From: Coniocarpon cinnabarinum
Lineage: Eukaryota
NCBI GenBank assembly: GCA_051942205.1
Contig: JAVECO010000025.1
Location: 62,001 to 126,000, forward strand
Reading direction: 5' to 3'
DNA length: 64,000 nt
Part shown: positions 1 to 13,729 of the stretch, piece by piece
Position numbering within the stretch: position 1 is the stretch's first letter
Layout: each line of letters starts with the position of its first letter
Made by a program: the position numbers and the translations under genes
The notes under the pieces: model-generated
What the model saw: only the letters and a program-made list of their open reading frames with translations
The model's database searches: none
What the model was told of the DNA's origin: nothing

Positions 1-2652
1 AAGGGCAAGTTTTACGAGCTGTATGAGAAAGATGCCACTGTAGGATCACAGCTATTTGATCTGAAGCTCACTGACAGGGTCAACATGCGAATGGTAGGAG
101 TTCCAGAGGCGACTCTGGACCATTGGGCGGCTCAATTCATTGCCAAAGGCTACAAAGTCGCCAGAGTGGATCAGATGGAGACAGCGTTGGGAAAAGAGAT
201 GCGAGAACGAGATGATCCAGGAGCATCCAAGAAGGCAGTGGTGAGCAAGAAGCCGCCGGAGAAAGAAAAGGTCATCCGACGCGAGCTGGCTTCAGTCTTG
301 ACTGCCGCGACACTCGTCGATGGAGGCATGTTGACATCTGACATGTCAACCTGGTGCTGCGCAATCAAGGAAATTGACCAGGACGACTTGCCACATTTTG
401 GTATCGCTTTTGTCGACACTGCAACAGCCCATTTCCACCTCACCACGTTCACAGACGATGCTGACATGACGAAATTTGAGACCTTTGTCGCCCAAATCCG
501 GCCAGGGGAGCTCTTGCTTGAGAAATCCTGCTTGTCTGCCCATGCAACTCGAATTTTGAAAGCCAACACTGGTCCGACCACCATCTGGAATTATCTCAAA
601 CCTGGGAAGGAATTCTGGCCAGCAGACATTACATGTCGAGAGATTGAGGCCTGTGACTACTTTATCAAGGAGGAAGACTCAGCATCCTTGTGGCCAAAAG
701 CTCTGGAGCAAGCGAAGGACAACGATCTCATCATGTCCGCCTTCGGTGCTCTCGTGCAGTATCTTAGAGTACTCAAAATTGAGCGCGACCTCATTTCACT
801 CGGCAACATCACCTGGTATGACCCGATCAAGCGAGGATCAACACTAGTCTTGGACGGTCAAAGTCTCATCAACCTTGAAGTCTTTGCCAATTCATTCGAT
901 GGAGGCACAGACGGTACCTTGTTTGAAATGCTGAACCGATGCGTCACTCCATTTGGCAAGCGCATGCTTCGACAATGGCTCTGCCATCCTCTGGCCGATG
1001 CCAACAAAATCAATGCCCGGCTAGACGCTGTGGATGCACTAAACGCGACTTCTATGTTTACAGACAAATTTACCTCGTCGCTCACGAAGATGCCAGACTT
1101 GGAGCGCCTAATCTCGCGTGTGCATGCAAAACGTTGCAGAGCTATGGAATTTGTAAAAGTTCTCGAGGGATTTGAGCAGATTGAATACACCATGAGTCTG
1201 CTGACCGAGCATGGCAAGGGCGATGGGCTAATAGGACAGCTCGTCGCCTCGATACCAGATCTGTCATCGAAACTTGAAGGTTGGAAAAATGCATTTGACA
1301 GAAACATCGCTAAAAGCGGTGACATTCTCGTCCCGGAACTGGGAATTGAAGAAGACTTTGATGAAAGCAACCAACGGATCAAAGACTGCGAGGAAGCCCT
1401 CGACGAGCTTTTGAATCGAGCTCGCAAGCAACTTGGTTCCAATGCCATCAAGTTTACTGACGTGGGCAAAGAGATCTATCAGCTGGAGGTGCCGGTCAAA
1501 ATCAAGAATGTTCCCAGCTCATGGAGCCAGATGTCCTCCACTGCAAGCGTGAAGCGGTATTACAACCCGGAGCTCCGTCGCCTTGTTCGCGACATCCAAG
1601 AAGCACGGGAGACACATGCCCAAATTATTCGTGAAGTGGCCGGTCGATTCTACACTCGCTTTGACGAAGATTACGCAGAATGGCTTGCAGCTGTGCGCAT
1701 CATTGCACATCTCGACTGCTTGATCAGTCTCGCTCGAGCTTCGCGTGCTCTCGGCGAGCCCAGCTGTCGGCCCGTCTTTGTCGATGATGACCACGAAGAT
1801 GCTGCGTCTCGAGGCGTGCTCGATTTTCACGATTTACGCCATCCGACCATGCTCACCTCAGTGCGCGACTTTATCCCCAATAACGTCACACTTGGCGGAC
1901 CTTCCCCGAATCTTAACCTCCTCACCGGTGCCAACGCAGCTGGCAAATCTACTGTCCTCCGCATGACCTGCATCGCCGTCATTCTTGCTCAGCTGGGCTG
2001 CTATGTCCCTGCCACATCTGCGACACTCACTCCTCGCGACCGCATCATGAGTCGTCTGGGCGCAAACGACAACATCATGCAAGCACAAAGCACATTCTTC
2101 GTTGAGCTCGCCGAGACCAAAAAGATTCTCAATGAAGCCACACCACGCAGTCTCGTCATCCTCGACGAGTTGGGTAGAGGCACAAGTAGCGTCGATGGCC
2201 TCGCCGTCGCAGACGCCGTCCTCCATCACATCGCAGGCCATGTTGGCTGTCTCGGTTTCTTCGCAACGCACTATCATTCTCTAGCTACATCGTACTCTGC
2301 ACATCCCGAGGTGGCACCAAAGCGCATGGCTATCGACGTTGATGACGCCGAGCGTCGTATTACCTTCTTGTACAAACTTGAAGATGGCGTCGCTGAAGGC
2401 AGTTTCGGCATGCATTGTGCGAGCATGTGTGGCATTCCGAAGGATGTGGTGGAGCGTGCGGAAGAAGCGGCGGGGATGTGGGAGCATAGTGCACGAGTGG
2501 GTGTGAGGGAGCGGGAGGAACGGGAGAATGGAGAGGGGAAGCTGGGGCTGGGGTGGTGGAGCGATGTTGCGTGGTTGATTGAAGATCGGGACGGGGAACA
2601 AATTAGTGAGAGGGCTGTTGATGTGTTGGCGAGGGCTGTGGAGAATATGTGA
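1..2652 (+). CDS. MSH6: DNA mismatch repair protein Msh6 (MutS-alpha subunit), 5'-truncated by the window edge
   Basis: Frame is open from base 1 (KGKFYELYE, the MSH6 Phe-X-Glu mismatch-binding motif). Walker A TGANAAGKST, ILDELGRGTS, FATHY and the C-terminal SFGMHCA helix-turn-helix follow. Confidence 0.95.
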   Translation, partial: KGKFYELYEKDATVGSQLFDLKLTDRVNMRMVGVPEATLDHWAAQFIAKGYKVARVDQMETALGKEMRERDDPGASKKAVVSKKPPEKEKVIRRELASVLTAATLVDGGMLTSDMSTWCCAIKEIDQDDLPHFGIAFVDTATAHFHLTTFTDDADMTKFETFVAQIRPGELLLEKSCLSAHATRILKANTGPTTIWNYLKPGKEFWPADITCREIEACDYFIKEEDSASLWPKALEQAKDNDLIMSAFGALVQYLRVLKIERDLISLGNITWYDPIKRGSTLVLDGQSLINLEVFANSFDGGTDGTLFEMLNRCVTPFGKRMLRQWLCHPLADANKINARLDAVDALNATSMFTDKFTSSLTKMPDLERLISRVHAKRCRAMEFVKVLEGFEQIEYTMSLLTEHGKGDGLIGQLVASIPDLSSKLEGWKNAFDRNIAKSGDILVPELGIEEDFDESNQRIKDCEEALDELLNRARKQLGSNAIKFTDVGKEIYQLEVPVKIKNVPSSWSQMSSTASVKRYYNPELRRLVRDIQEARETHAQIIREVAGRFYTRFDEDYAEWLAAVRIIAHLDCLISLARASRALGEPSCRPVFVDDDHEDAASRGVLDFHDLRHPTMLTSVRDFIPNNVTLGGPSPNLNLLTGANAAGKSTVLRMTCIAVILAQLGCYVPATSATLTPRDRIMSRLGANDNIMQAQSTFFVELAETKKILNEATPRSLVILDELGRGTSSVDGLAVADAVLHHIAGHVGCLGFFATHYHSLATSYSAHPEVAPKRMAIDVDDAERRITFLYKLEDGVAEGSFGMHCASMCGIPKDVVERAEEAAGMWEHSARVGVREREERENGEGKLGLGWWSDVAWLIEDRDGEQISERAVDVLARAVENM

Positions 2653-3304
2653 GCGTGTTGAACGTGTTCGAGACGATGTGTGCAGAGACTGTAAAGAAGG
2701 AAAAGTGAGACACTTAACAGTATTTAAGGAGCAGGGCATCAGGAGTTGGTAAGATGTGCGAGAAAGATATTTTCAAGGCGAGTCCGACCTGTTGTACGAT
2801 ACCGGCGGTACAAAAGCTATGTTTCAAATGACAGACTGCGGCTTAAAAACAGAAACCGGCCATCATGTTCGCAATGTTGCTGGAACAATTGCAGAATCGT
2901 GCAATAGCATACAAAATGAAAGAATCTTGCTTGTCTTGTTATTGGGTCACGTTCTGGATGAGATAGCAATTAGTCTTCGCCGCTTTGCCTGATCTTTAAA
3001 TCCGGAGCGAGAGCATCAGAGACTCGCTTTCCAAGAGCTTTGGGTCAATTTGCTGAGAAGGTACATTATCAGCTCAAGTGGATTTGCAATTGGCGTCAAA
3101 GACGGATTTTGCTCTGTTCTGTAGAGCTAGGCGCGGTGCTATAATTGTGTTCCTTGTTCGTGCGTAGAGTTACTCTGCAACGTAAGGTGCCGGATTCTCA
3201 CACTTGGCACTCTGCAATGATGGGGGTCATGCAGTCAGCATTCTCTCTCCCCAACATGATGCGTTCTGTGGACGCAAGTATGATCATCCGAATAGAGCTG
3301 TCTT

Positions 3305-5331
3305 TCATGCTTCCGCAGGTTGTCGCGTAAGAAGCCAACCCTTCTCATCGTCGTTTGCTTGCACTTTGAGAGTCTTTGCAACCTTTTCTAGCTCATCCAC
3401 AGATCGTATATGAGCCCGATCGAGTCCCGGTATGTCGTGCGCGGCGACTGCCAGGCCCGAGCTCTTCCAAACCCTGGCTTGTCTATTAATCGAGCGACAG
3501 ATTACTGCGATGAGTAAGACGATTGCGAGTCCAGTGATGGCAGCTGGTAAAGCTAGATATCGCCTGCATATGATGTCAGGCACCAACGATGGAGCTTATG
3601 TGGCGAAGCGAATGTAAACGTACCATTTGACTTTAACTACTAGGGCCGGGGTGCACCGATGTCCAGGTAAATTAGTACCATTCGGCTTACGTATCGCCTC
3701 GGTCATTCCATTTGCAACATTGGTTATCAAGTAATTCATGTCCGGAAACCGATAGAGCGCTTCAGCTGTAGCATCAAAACGATCACTACTATAATCCCTC
3801 ATGAAGAAGCTGGAAAGCCATCCTCCAATGTTGTGGTAGTCTGCACCGTTTATTGAGAACGTGGCATTCCCATCGTAATTAGTATTGACCAGAGGCTGGA
3901 GCGTCGCCAATATCTTTTTCGAGGTACCTACATGCTCGACTTCCACACGTGAAACCTGGAGCGGGGTCTGCGATGTGTTGTTGAAGGTGACAGAACCGTT
4001 GCTAAACTTAATTCTCTCTGCGTGTCTGACGCATAGGAAAAATTGACAGTGCATGGCTTCTTGGCAGCTGATACTGCTAGATTTGCCATCCTCGCCAACA
4101 TTAGGTGGACCATACTTGATACTCCAGAGTTCACTCAGATTGCCTGTGAAGGGCCCATTTGTCGTAAAATTGAAGCCAGTGAAATCCAATGCGTTTGCTC
4201 GTGTCGACGAAGTGAACTTGGTGTGCGAATTACTTTGTGAAAATGACTCTGCGTCCATGCCACCCGCGCTGGCTGCAGTAGCTTGAAACTTGGCGTTCGG
4301 GGCTGGATTGCTCTTGAATGTGTAATTACAGGTTAGCAAATCTGGGGCCTGGGCAGAATCATTGAATACTAGCGGCCCGCATTGTGATTCCACAAAATGT
4401 GTCACATCCTCACAGGCACTGCACACGCCGAGCGTGGTCACATCTTGCCAGATGCAACTGTCATTCCCGGAACAGTCCACCTGTGGCTGTAATGAGACGT
4501 TGAAAAGGCTATATTGAACTGCACCTTGGAAATCCAAATCTATCGAGCTGTCTGCAATGAGAGTTGGCATTCAAACACAAAGCACAGCGCAGAAGTGTTA
4601 TACTCACAACTTGGCTGATCCATGCCAGATTGCTGTACAAGATTGTTTGAATCGTAGACGTTTGTGACTTGATATTGAGGGTTTTGTGGTAGGATCTTCC
4701 ATTCGGTTTGGTTCACAACCTCCTCGTTCAGGTCGATGACAATTTGAAAGGCTGGATCAATAAGAGAGGTCGCCAGGACGATTATTGCTGCTACAGAAGC
4801 CAGAACGGCTCGATGTTTCACAGCAAAGAGCAGTTTGAGAGCACCCTCAGGACCTTCACCGGCGGATTGGAAGGTCTGAAGATCCATCAGCTTGCGTGGC
4901 TTTGAGCTGAAATGAAGCCACTTCAGTTGACCAACAGCCTCGGAGACAATGAATGACAATGCAACTTTGATTGCTGCGGTGATTATGGAGACGTAGACTG
5001 TAGGCTTGAACGGGTGACTCCAGGATTGATCGTGGACAGGTCGGTCATGTTCATGATAGAGGAGCAAGCCCATACCTACTATACACGTGACAAGAAAAAT
5101 TGCAGCGCCTATCTCGCGGAGCCAATTCTGCCTGATAGCGGTCATCCATGGTGACAGACGACGAGACACAACTTTGACAGAACTTCGATCCGCTAAATGA
5201 TTCTTTGAAAACTGGGAATCTTGTGTCAGCGATTCAATGCTGTGAGCCGGTGACTGCTGATCTGCAAGCAAGAGATGATGCGAGCTGATATTTGGTGAAA
5301 ACCGACCATCGTCCAGCTCGGGTGTCACCAT
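3305..5331 (-). CDS. DUF3176-type fungal membrane protein, 3 exons (introns 4552-4607 and 3564-3623)
   Basis: Three ORF-track pieces join in frame across GTGAGT..CAG and GTACGT..CAG introns. Family-like motifs: N-terminal TM helices, GQLKWLHF..GPEGALKLL, CSGNDSCIW..TLGVCSACEDVT, VKVKWRYLALP and VWKSSGL. Confidence 0.75.
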
Positions 5332-7311
5332 CACTGAATTAGATATGCTTGTAGGACTTCTCTTCCCTGCGCATGCAGGTCTAAACTAAACGACGCATAT
5401 TGTTCAGGGGAGTAGAATGATTTATATGATCAGCTTAAGAACCCGCCACACAGGGTCCCCATGCTGTCATGTCTTCCACAAATTTGGCCCAATAAACAAT
5501 AGCTCAGTGGCTGTAGGTCACGCTGTAGGCAGACTTGCACCGTTGGGGTGAGTAGCAGCCGGCCTGCGGTCCCATAAAAAGCAGTGTTCGCATGATTTGA
5601 TAGGTTTCCGCACGCGGACGGCAGAAGCTCATGCTGTACGCCTTGACCTCGGTGAAGACTTCGCAACAAATTCAATATGGATATGGATGACTGAGTGGGT
5701 GAAACGCGTGTAGGCATCACAGCGTGGACACCCACATTGTTTCAGTAGGAAGGAGTAAACCATGCGCAATAGACTTAGCACCCCATTAGTCCCCTCGTTG
5801 AATGTTACTAATGGTCCAACGGCTGCCTGTGCGATGGCTACACGACATGTGAATGTTACGCCATGCTGTAGGCAGTGCAGCAATGCCACACTGACGCATG
5901 AATGGTCACTCAGCGGGATGTTCTTTCGGTCGGTATCTGAGTTCAGATGTTGTCACAGACTGAGCTCACGAGTCAGTCGGCCGAGCTTCATAGGTGAATA
6001 TCTGCTCATGCAAAATTAGCTTGGTCAAAGTGCTACGAGCTTTTTGTCCCTGTGGTCCACTGCATACTGACTCTAGACGTAAGATCACCACGACAGAAGT
6101 TCATGCGGCGTCAGTCTGGACAGAGAAGCTTGCTGCCGTACGGCGTTCGCCCTCGCGTTCAAGGCAAGTACTCTGAATTCTATCACAGCTGTTTCGCGAC
6201 CATGGTGTAGATCTTCCGGAATCTGCGCGCAACGCACCAGTGTGGCAAGTATCCACTTGGATTCCAATATTTAGCTCTATTGCTCATACGATTGCGACAT
6301 GCTTGCAGAATAAAGACTCGGATGTATATGCCGTAATCATTTGTTGTACAGCGGTGTGGAGAAATATGAAACGCGAGTCGGGGAACAATGACAGCAAGGA
6401 GAGACTAACAAGCTCAGTGGCTGCAGTGTGCACTCCAGGCTTTGCAGCACGTCACTTGAGCAAGTACGATATGACAAAAAGAAATGGCTTGTACCATTGT
6501 TTGAATGCATCTGTGTTAACAGGTGAGGGCATTAGGATCAGGAGGCCCCATGGGCTCCTTGAGATGGCCTGCCAGCGTGACAGACACTACGCGTATGTCC
6601 CACTGTTGTTAGCTGTTGTGACCGAAAAGGTACGCGGGTCAGCCTAGTGCCTGACTTCTGTCAACCCCAGTCGAGTAAATGCCCCGTTTGTAACTTGCTT
6701 TCACGGTCCTTCCGTTTGTTTGCTGTGCTATTACGACATACTCGTTGTACATTGGGTGACATGGGCTAGGTCTTCTCTGGTTGTATGCCAGTTTCATCGA
6801 AGTCTTGACCACGTGGAGAGTACCATCAAGGTCCTTGAAGCGACTACAGCGCCCTGCGCACTGAGACGGATGAAGAGACCATTGGAACGTGAATAATCAG
6901 AACCCATCAATGAAGAGATAGCATCAAAGAGCAGGAAAGTAGGAACAGAGAAAGCCCAGGGGAGTTTGCTCTAGGTAATTTTAAACAAGCAGGTTTGGTA
7001 TCACGTGATATAGATAACCCTGGTGATCCGGCAATAGACGGAGATAGGCGGCGAGGCTTTGTAGGAAGCAAACGCCTCGTCGCGCGACAGTCGTCACCCA
7101 TTTCTGCCTCAGCAGCGTCGTGCAACTTTCTCGACCGACTTTCGCATCATGTCGACCTTCACAGCAGCATCATTATCGTAACATTTGATGTTGTAGCTTG
7201 CCCTTGACGCTATCCCTGAGCTTCAATTGGTGCTACAGGTTGCCAAAGCTCTGCACATGCTCTACTACTAGGCTGCCTTGAGCAAGCGAAGCTTGCCTAC
7301 GACCTCGAAGA

Positions 7312-10300
7312 ATGGAAACGTCACTCGTCGACAAGGAGGAAGGTAGCCCCAGTCACAGAGGGTCTCGTGCTACTTCTCCTGGAGGTTGCTGGCGAGAATC
7401 AAACAACTCCCGATACATTGAAGTCAGTGGACTGCGCGAGGGTGCAGGTGTCCAAGATGAAGACTATTCCACGGTCGCAATGGCGGTTGCTCTACAGAAG
7501 CCATCACGATACCGCCCTCGAACGTTCCCATATCAACGTTATCTCCCTTATAGCCACAATGATCGACAATATGACAATCTAGAAAAGTGCATACGGCAGT
7601 TGTACGTCGCGGTCTCGGCTGGAGACTTTGTGCCCGGTGCCACCCATTGGACTCGAGAGCTCAAAGGATGGCTTCAGCTCAAGTTCAATCTGCCTCGCGA
7701 GGACCGAGTGAGACTAACGAAGTTGTACTACGAGCTAGCTTTGGCTCCGGGAATGGATAAGAATGCTGCAGAGCGGTTTGCTAGCATGTTCACGACTTTA
7801 ACCAAGTGAGCTTCATAATCCTACACTTTCCCGCTCAACGCTGACCTCTTTCGCAGGAGAAAACACTACTTGAGGGTCGGCGAGGATCTCTATTTGGATT
7901 GGCGACCCCTCTACAATGAATTGAAGCATTTGGTTCTGCCTATGGACACTGCATCAGTTATCAGTACATCTAGCAGTCACGCAAGACTCTCACCACGATT
8001 TTTGATGAAGCTCTGTTCGAACGTGCAGCTCTATGTCGATCCAAAGCAAATACCTGAAATCCTCAACGAAGTCCTACCATACTTCAGCGCCTCCAGCATG
8101 GAAACAGCCTTTGCTGTGACGGGCATACTCAACTTGATGCTTCCTACAGTTCCATCAGCCGATCCGGAATGGCATCCACAGAGAATCTTCCCCAGTGTGT
8201 TCCACCTGTGGTCTTTGTGCAGTCGCTCCCGAGTGATGGACCTGCACATGATAGATTTGATCTCGAGATTTGCCCGTGATGGACTTGTGTCCGATCAAGT
8301 CGAATATTCCGAATACGGCCTTCTGACACGCGAGCAAACTGCGACCATCTTCACTGCGGCGCTGAGACTGCTGGAGATTCCGGTCAGTCAAGTGTCCTCT
8401 CCGTACAGCAACATTGTCGACATGTACCAAGGTTCGTCGGCCATCCTCGATAGAGATCAACGCAAACAACCGATGGCCCATCATGTTGCCCGCTGGATCG
8501 TTATGTCTCTGTCGCCGGACGTCCTCAGCAAACAGGATTCGATACTGTCGAAACTTGAAGGCCTACTGCAAGCCGTGGAGACATTTTTCCATCCTTCAAA
8601 TTCAGGCCATTGGACAAGGAACCTGTCACAACTGATTTTCTATCTCTCCGATTTCTTCGTCATGCGATGGAATCGGGAACGAAGTGGTGAAATGAGGGTT
8701 CCTGAGCACCGCAAATTGACTGAAGCCGTTCGTCGCCGGTTTGTGGCTTGTCTACGCGAGGTGACATTTATTGGCATCTTCGCCAAGAGCAGTACAGCCA
8801 TAGCATACTCGCTGTCCTCACTGCAATCACTCGCTTACCTGGAACCCGAATTGATCCTGCCCGGCAGCCTGCAACGAATATACCCTGCGATGCGTGGCCT
8901 AGTTGAAGTGCATCGCACGACATCCTCCCTTCGCGCACTCTTTCACCTCACTAGAGTCCTTTGTCGTACCAAGGGCTTTCGATGTCACGTCCCTGCATTA
9001 CTAGGACTTGCGCTGCCCGGTATTGATGCGAACGATCTCGACAAGACATTACATACACTTTCGTTCATGCAAAGTGTGTTTTACGAAATACCCATGGCCG
9101 ATTTGACAACTCCTCCGCAAGGGGTTGATGAGCCGAAGCTTGAAGGCATGCTAGCAGCAGAATGGGTTACGCAGCAGATCGAGAGATTCGAGCTCGAAGG
9201 CGTGAGTCTCAAGGTCGATTACAATGCGGAGCTTTCTGATGAAGACGAACGCACCATTGTCCGTTCATCGACCGCTGAGTTCAAGAGATTTGTGTCTTCC
9301 CTTCTAGACAGTGTTTTCAACCTTCTGCGCAACCTTCCAGATGCGACTCGCATCAAGACCGGCTCACCAGAAGACAGTATTACGAACGCATTACCGAATG
9401 CACTTACTCCTCTGCTTGCATCGATGTCGCCGGAGATTTATGATCTTGTTCTCGAAAAGCTTGTCGAATTCTTATCACAACAGACAGTTCATCAAGCACG
9501 GGATGCTGTGGCCTTCCTCTGCAGCACAGTCTGCAAGGCGAATCCAAGAAAAGCTTTGTCACTCTTACTGCCGATCCTAACACAAAACATTCGAAATGAG
9601 ATCAATGACAACGGTGCTGGATCGACTAGAACTGTTGGTTCTGACCCCATGCCACGTGATAAAGCGTTGGTATACAACATCCATATTCTTGGCATGTCAA
9701 TCGTGCACACGGGCAGTGTTCTCGTGGATTTTAGAAAGCAGCTCCTTGATATAACAAGGTTTATGCACGAAAAATGTAAGGGGATCCCTTCCACACACGC
9801 TTCTAATGTTCTCCACCACTTGTTAGTCACTCTGACCATGACCTATACGGTTGATCACTCTCTCTTTGAAGAGGAAGACGTCAAGGATGGAATTACGGCA
9901 GACGACTGGGGTGTGCGCCCCGATCCTCGTCGCTTGAGCATAAAGTGGCATTTTGCGGATCAACGGGAGACCGAATTTGCCATTGAAGTCTTCAAAGAAT
10001 TCGCAGAATATGAACTCGGTCGACTCTCGAGTATGACGAGCGCTCAACCACCTGTTAGACGTGATGGATCTGGCAAAGAGTGGTCAGACGAAGTATCGCG
10101 GAGCTTAGTGCTTTTGCGTTTACTCATTTCAGGCATTGCACCACTGTTCGATGCCCGCCACGACAGAGGCACCCAATCGCAAGTCGGTCATGATGTTGAC
10201 GACACTGCTTCTGACGTGGATGTGAACGAGAACACCGATGATGACGTCCCTACCGATGCTGACTTTGGTGCCACGGAAGATGAGGATATCAGACCAACTT

Positions 10301-13300
10301 TCCAGTATCCTACTGGCTATCAATTGCAGCCTGGCGACCCACAATACAAGACCCTGCACATGATTCGAGATCAGATTGGGACGAGTCTACATGCCATACA
10401 CCAATTTCTAAAACAGAGACAGCAAGATGATGTCACCTCCTTCAATGCACTTTATGCGGCTTACAAATGCTGGTTCGTAGATGTCGGCTTTGAGCGTTCA
10501 GCACATGTCTTGGACCGCATGACGAGGCTGTTGTCCGGAGACATAGCACCATTCAAGTTTAGTGGGCTTCGAAAAGAATATCCACGACCACTCCTGGTCA
10601 GACGCGCGTACTTGTACCACCTGCAGCGGCTTCGGCATAACGCTTCTCCTCGGCATAAGAGTGACCTGGACGTGGCTCTGCTAAGAGACCTGGTGGACTC
10701 AAGCGTGTCCACGTACACCGACATTCGCAAGACCGCCCAGACAGCAATAGAATCCAGTATGAAAGTCCTTATCGGTGCACGGCCCGTGATCATCCCTCCC
10801 TTGCTCGAAACATTCGAGCAAGCAGTGAAGGAAAATGATTTCGCTCGGATCAAAGGATGCATGTACGCGCTACTGTTCGGCAGCTTGGTCAAACCCGTTG
10901 GTCGCGACTGGCGGTTCACACCCTCTGTCATGAAGTCGTATGTTAGGGTGATGGATGTGGACAGGCCATCCGTCCAGAAAATTGCATCTGCAGCAGCAAT
11001 TCAGATGATGGACATGACAAGGCAGTTCGGTCGCACCGTGGTCCTTGATCCAGACGTCACCAAGACTATTCAGCCTCTGCACAAACTTGAAAAATCAGAA
11101 ACATTGGTCAAACGACGTCACAGAGCTATCAAGAAACGCTTCGACTTCGTGAAGCGACGACGTTTTGAGCTTGCAGATGAATTGGCACAGGTGGCTCAAA
11201 AGTCGCACTGGAAGAAAGAGGCAAGGACTGCGTCTTTGGTGATAGGTCTGAGCTTGAGCTTCGACAGCATCACCACAGACGCTATGATTGACCTGGTAGT
11301 TAAACGATCAATTGATACCCATCCCAGTCTTCGAATGAGCTATCAGAGCGGGCTGATTGGGCTATTTACGTACGTGGACATGCGCGCCTCAGCAAGCCAC
11401 AAGTATGAGAACTTCCTTTTGAACAAGCTCTCGGTACCTGGTCTTGTGAAGGAGGAAGTCGACCACAGCGACCCGGCGTTTACACAAAAGTATCTTGATA
11501 ACTTTGCCCAACCGGAGGCAAAGACGTACGTCGATCAAGATTATCCGGGTTGGCTTGTATGGGGCAAGAGTATTCCATCATTCAAAGCTGCTGAGAGTTG
11601 TGAGCTGGAATATGACGAGGTCGAGAAGCATGTGCGGGCCCGCATAGGAAAGCTCATTGACCGAGAGTGGATTACCAAGTTCTTCAGTTTTCTAAAGCAG
11701 GAACCGCGAGACTCAAGCCTGGATCGCTTCAGGATGACGAATGTGCTCATGCTGGCTTTCATCCTGGAGTATATTCTGACTGGAGAAGCAGCTGCAACGC
11801 TTCAGGATATCCGCGACCTGGTCCAGGACGTTTTTGGTGACGGCAGTGACAAGCACCAGCATCGCGCGACCGCTGAGATATTGGCATCGCTCTTGAGTGC
11901 AGTCGGTACGCTCAAGTTGTCAATGCGAGAAGAGGTCTGGGCATTTGTTTTCCCCATTGCGCGACGTATTTTCGAAGACGGACTCACGCCTGAGAACTCA
12001 TCATACTGGCAATCGTTCCTCGATGTGGCCATTCAAAACAAAGACCCGCGCCGTTGTTGGCCTCTTGTGGATTGGCTGGCTTCATTCCGTCTGGACATGT
12101 CGTCAAATGCTGCGTTCAAGGAATCGTCTAAGATTATCCTGCTTGAGCATTGCATATATGATCTCGGGTGGCATTTCCGACTTGCAGACCCAATTCTGCA
12201 GGACTTCCTTGCGCACCTTGATCACCCTTACAAAGGTGTTCGCGAGGTCATGGGTACTACAATCTCCTCGATCTACCGCACAGGGTACTACGAGTCGCAC
12301 AGTTCGACTGCTAAGTTTCTCGCGCACGAAGCCTCGACATCAGCCCTGGGATCCCGCCCATACGCTCCATCTGACGAATTCACGCAGACCATCGACAAGG
12401 TATTCAAGCAGATCGAAGAATGGCGACTAGCTCGCCCTGCAGGTCAGCAAACAGCATCATCCTATACATCCGGAGCCAAGACAGTTCTCGCCTGGATCGA
12501 GAGCACTCTTCAGTCCTACGACTGCATACGCCTTGTGCCCTTCTTCCACAGCCACTTCCTGCCTGCGCTGCTGCATATGATGGATATCAAGGAAGACCCT
12601 GAGCTTCAAGCTCAAGCATACACGGTCTTCCGCCATTTGGGCAACATTCCGTTCCGCATTGGCGAAGAAGCTCCGTTTGTTGCCAAGTGCATCGAGATTG
12701 GTAGAACCTCCTCATCCTGGCATCAACGGCTTCGGGTTATGATCAACATGCAAGCAATCTACTTTCGACAACTATTCCTGATGCCCAGTTCTCGCCAGCG
12801 CGACCTATTTGATGCGGTGGCATCGATGCTCGAAGACTCGCAGCTCGAAGTACGAGTAGGCGCCTCGACAACGCTTAGCGGCATGATCCGCTGCTCACCC
12901 GTCAGTCTACGGTCAGATGTCATCAAGGACTTGACTCCACGCTTCACATCAGTGCTGTCGACAGTGCACCTCCCCAAGAAAATGCCCAACGGTGCAGCAG
13001 CTGCGCTTCGTCCGGCCGGAACGCCATCAGAATCAGGCCGATCCACTCCAAGCTCTACCGGTACGAATGAAGCCTTGATCAAGCGACATGCTGCCGTTTT
13101 GGGCCTGGGTGCACTTGTCCAAGCATTCCCGTACACATCGCCGCCGCCAGAGTGGGTGCCAGGTGTGCTTGCCACGCTGGCGACAAAGGCAGCCGGTGAA
13201 CCGGGAATCATAGGACAGAGTGCGAAGAGCATTGTCAGTGATTTCAAGAAGACGAGACAGGATACATGGCATATTGACGTCAAGGTAAGTCACTTACTAA

Positions 13301-13401
13301 TAACTTTCAACGTGAATGGCTGCTGACATTGCAAATAGGCTTTTCAACAGGAGCAATTGGAGGATCTGGAGGGCGTGCTGTGGAAGAGCTATTTTGCATG
13401 A
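7312..13401 (+). CDS. BLM10: Proteasome activator Blm10/PA200, 3 exons (introns 7806-7856 and 13285-13338)
   Basis: About 2000-aa HEAT-like protein with VETFFHPSNSGHW, LPGIDANDLDKT and RHAAVLGLGALVQAFPY. The last exon encodes AFQQEQLEDLEGVLWKSYFA*, the proteasome-docking C-terminus. Confidence 0.93.
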
Positions 13402-13729
13402 GCGCGAAGACATTACGTCTTGGAGCCTAGTGCTAATGCTAATATTAATGTGGTGTGCAAGTCCATCACGCGTGGACGCCGTAGTTGCATGGCGAGGCGT
13501 TTAGAAAAGTTTGTGGGAACCTCGGCTCCATGCCCTTGACGATACTTTGCATGGCGACAGCGGGGCACATCACTGTAATCACGAGCACTAATGAATTTTA
13601 TTGGTTGGGAGTGGCCTTGCCCAGAGCGTGCGAGGCTTGAGTTGGTAGCAGCAGGGCAGCCATGCAATGTGCAGTAGCTCAAACCTGCCTCTATAGCTAT
13701 GACGAATCCACTCAGACTGCTCAGACTGC

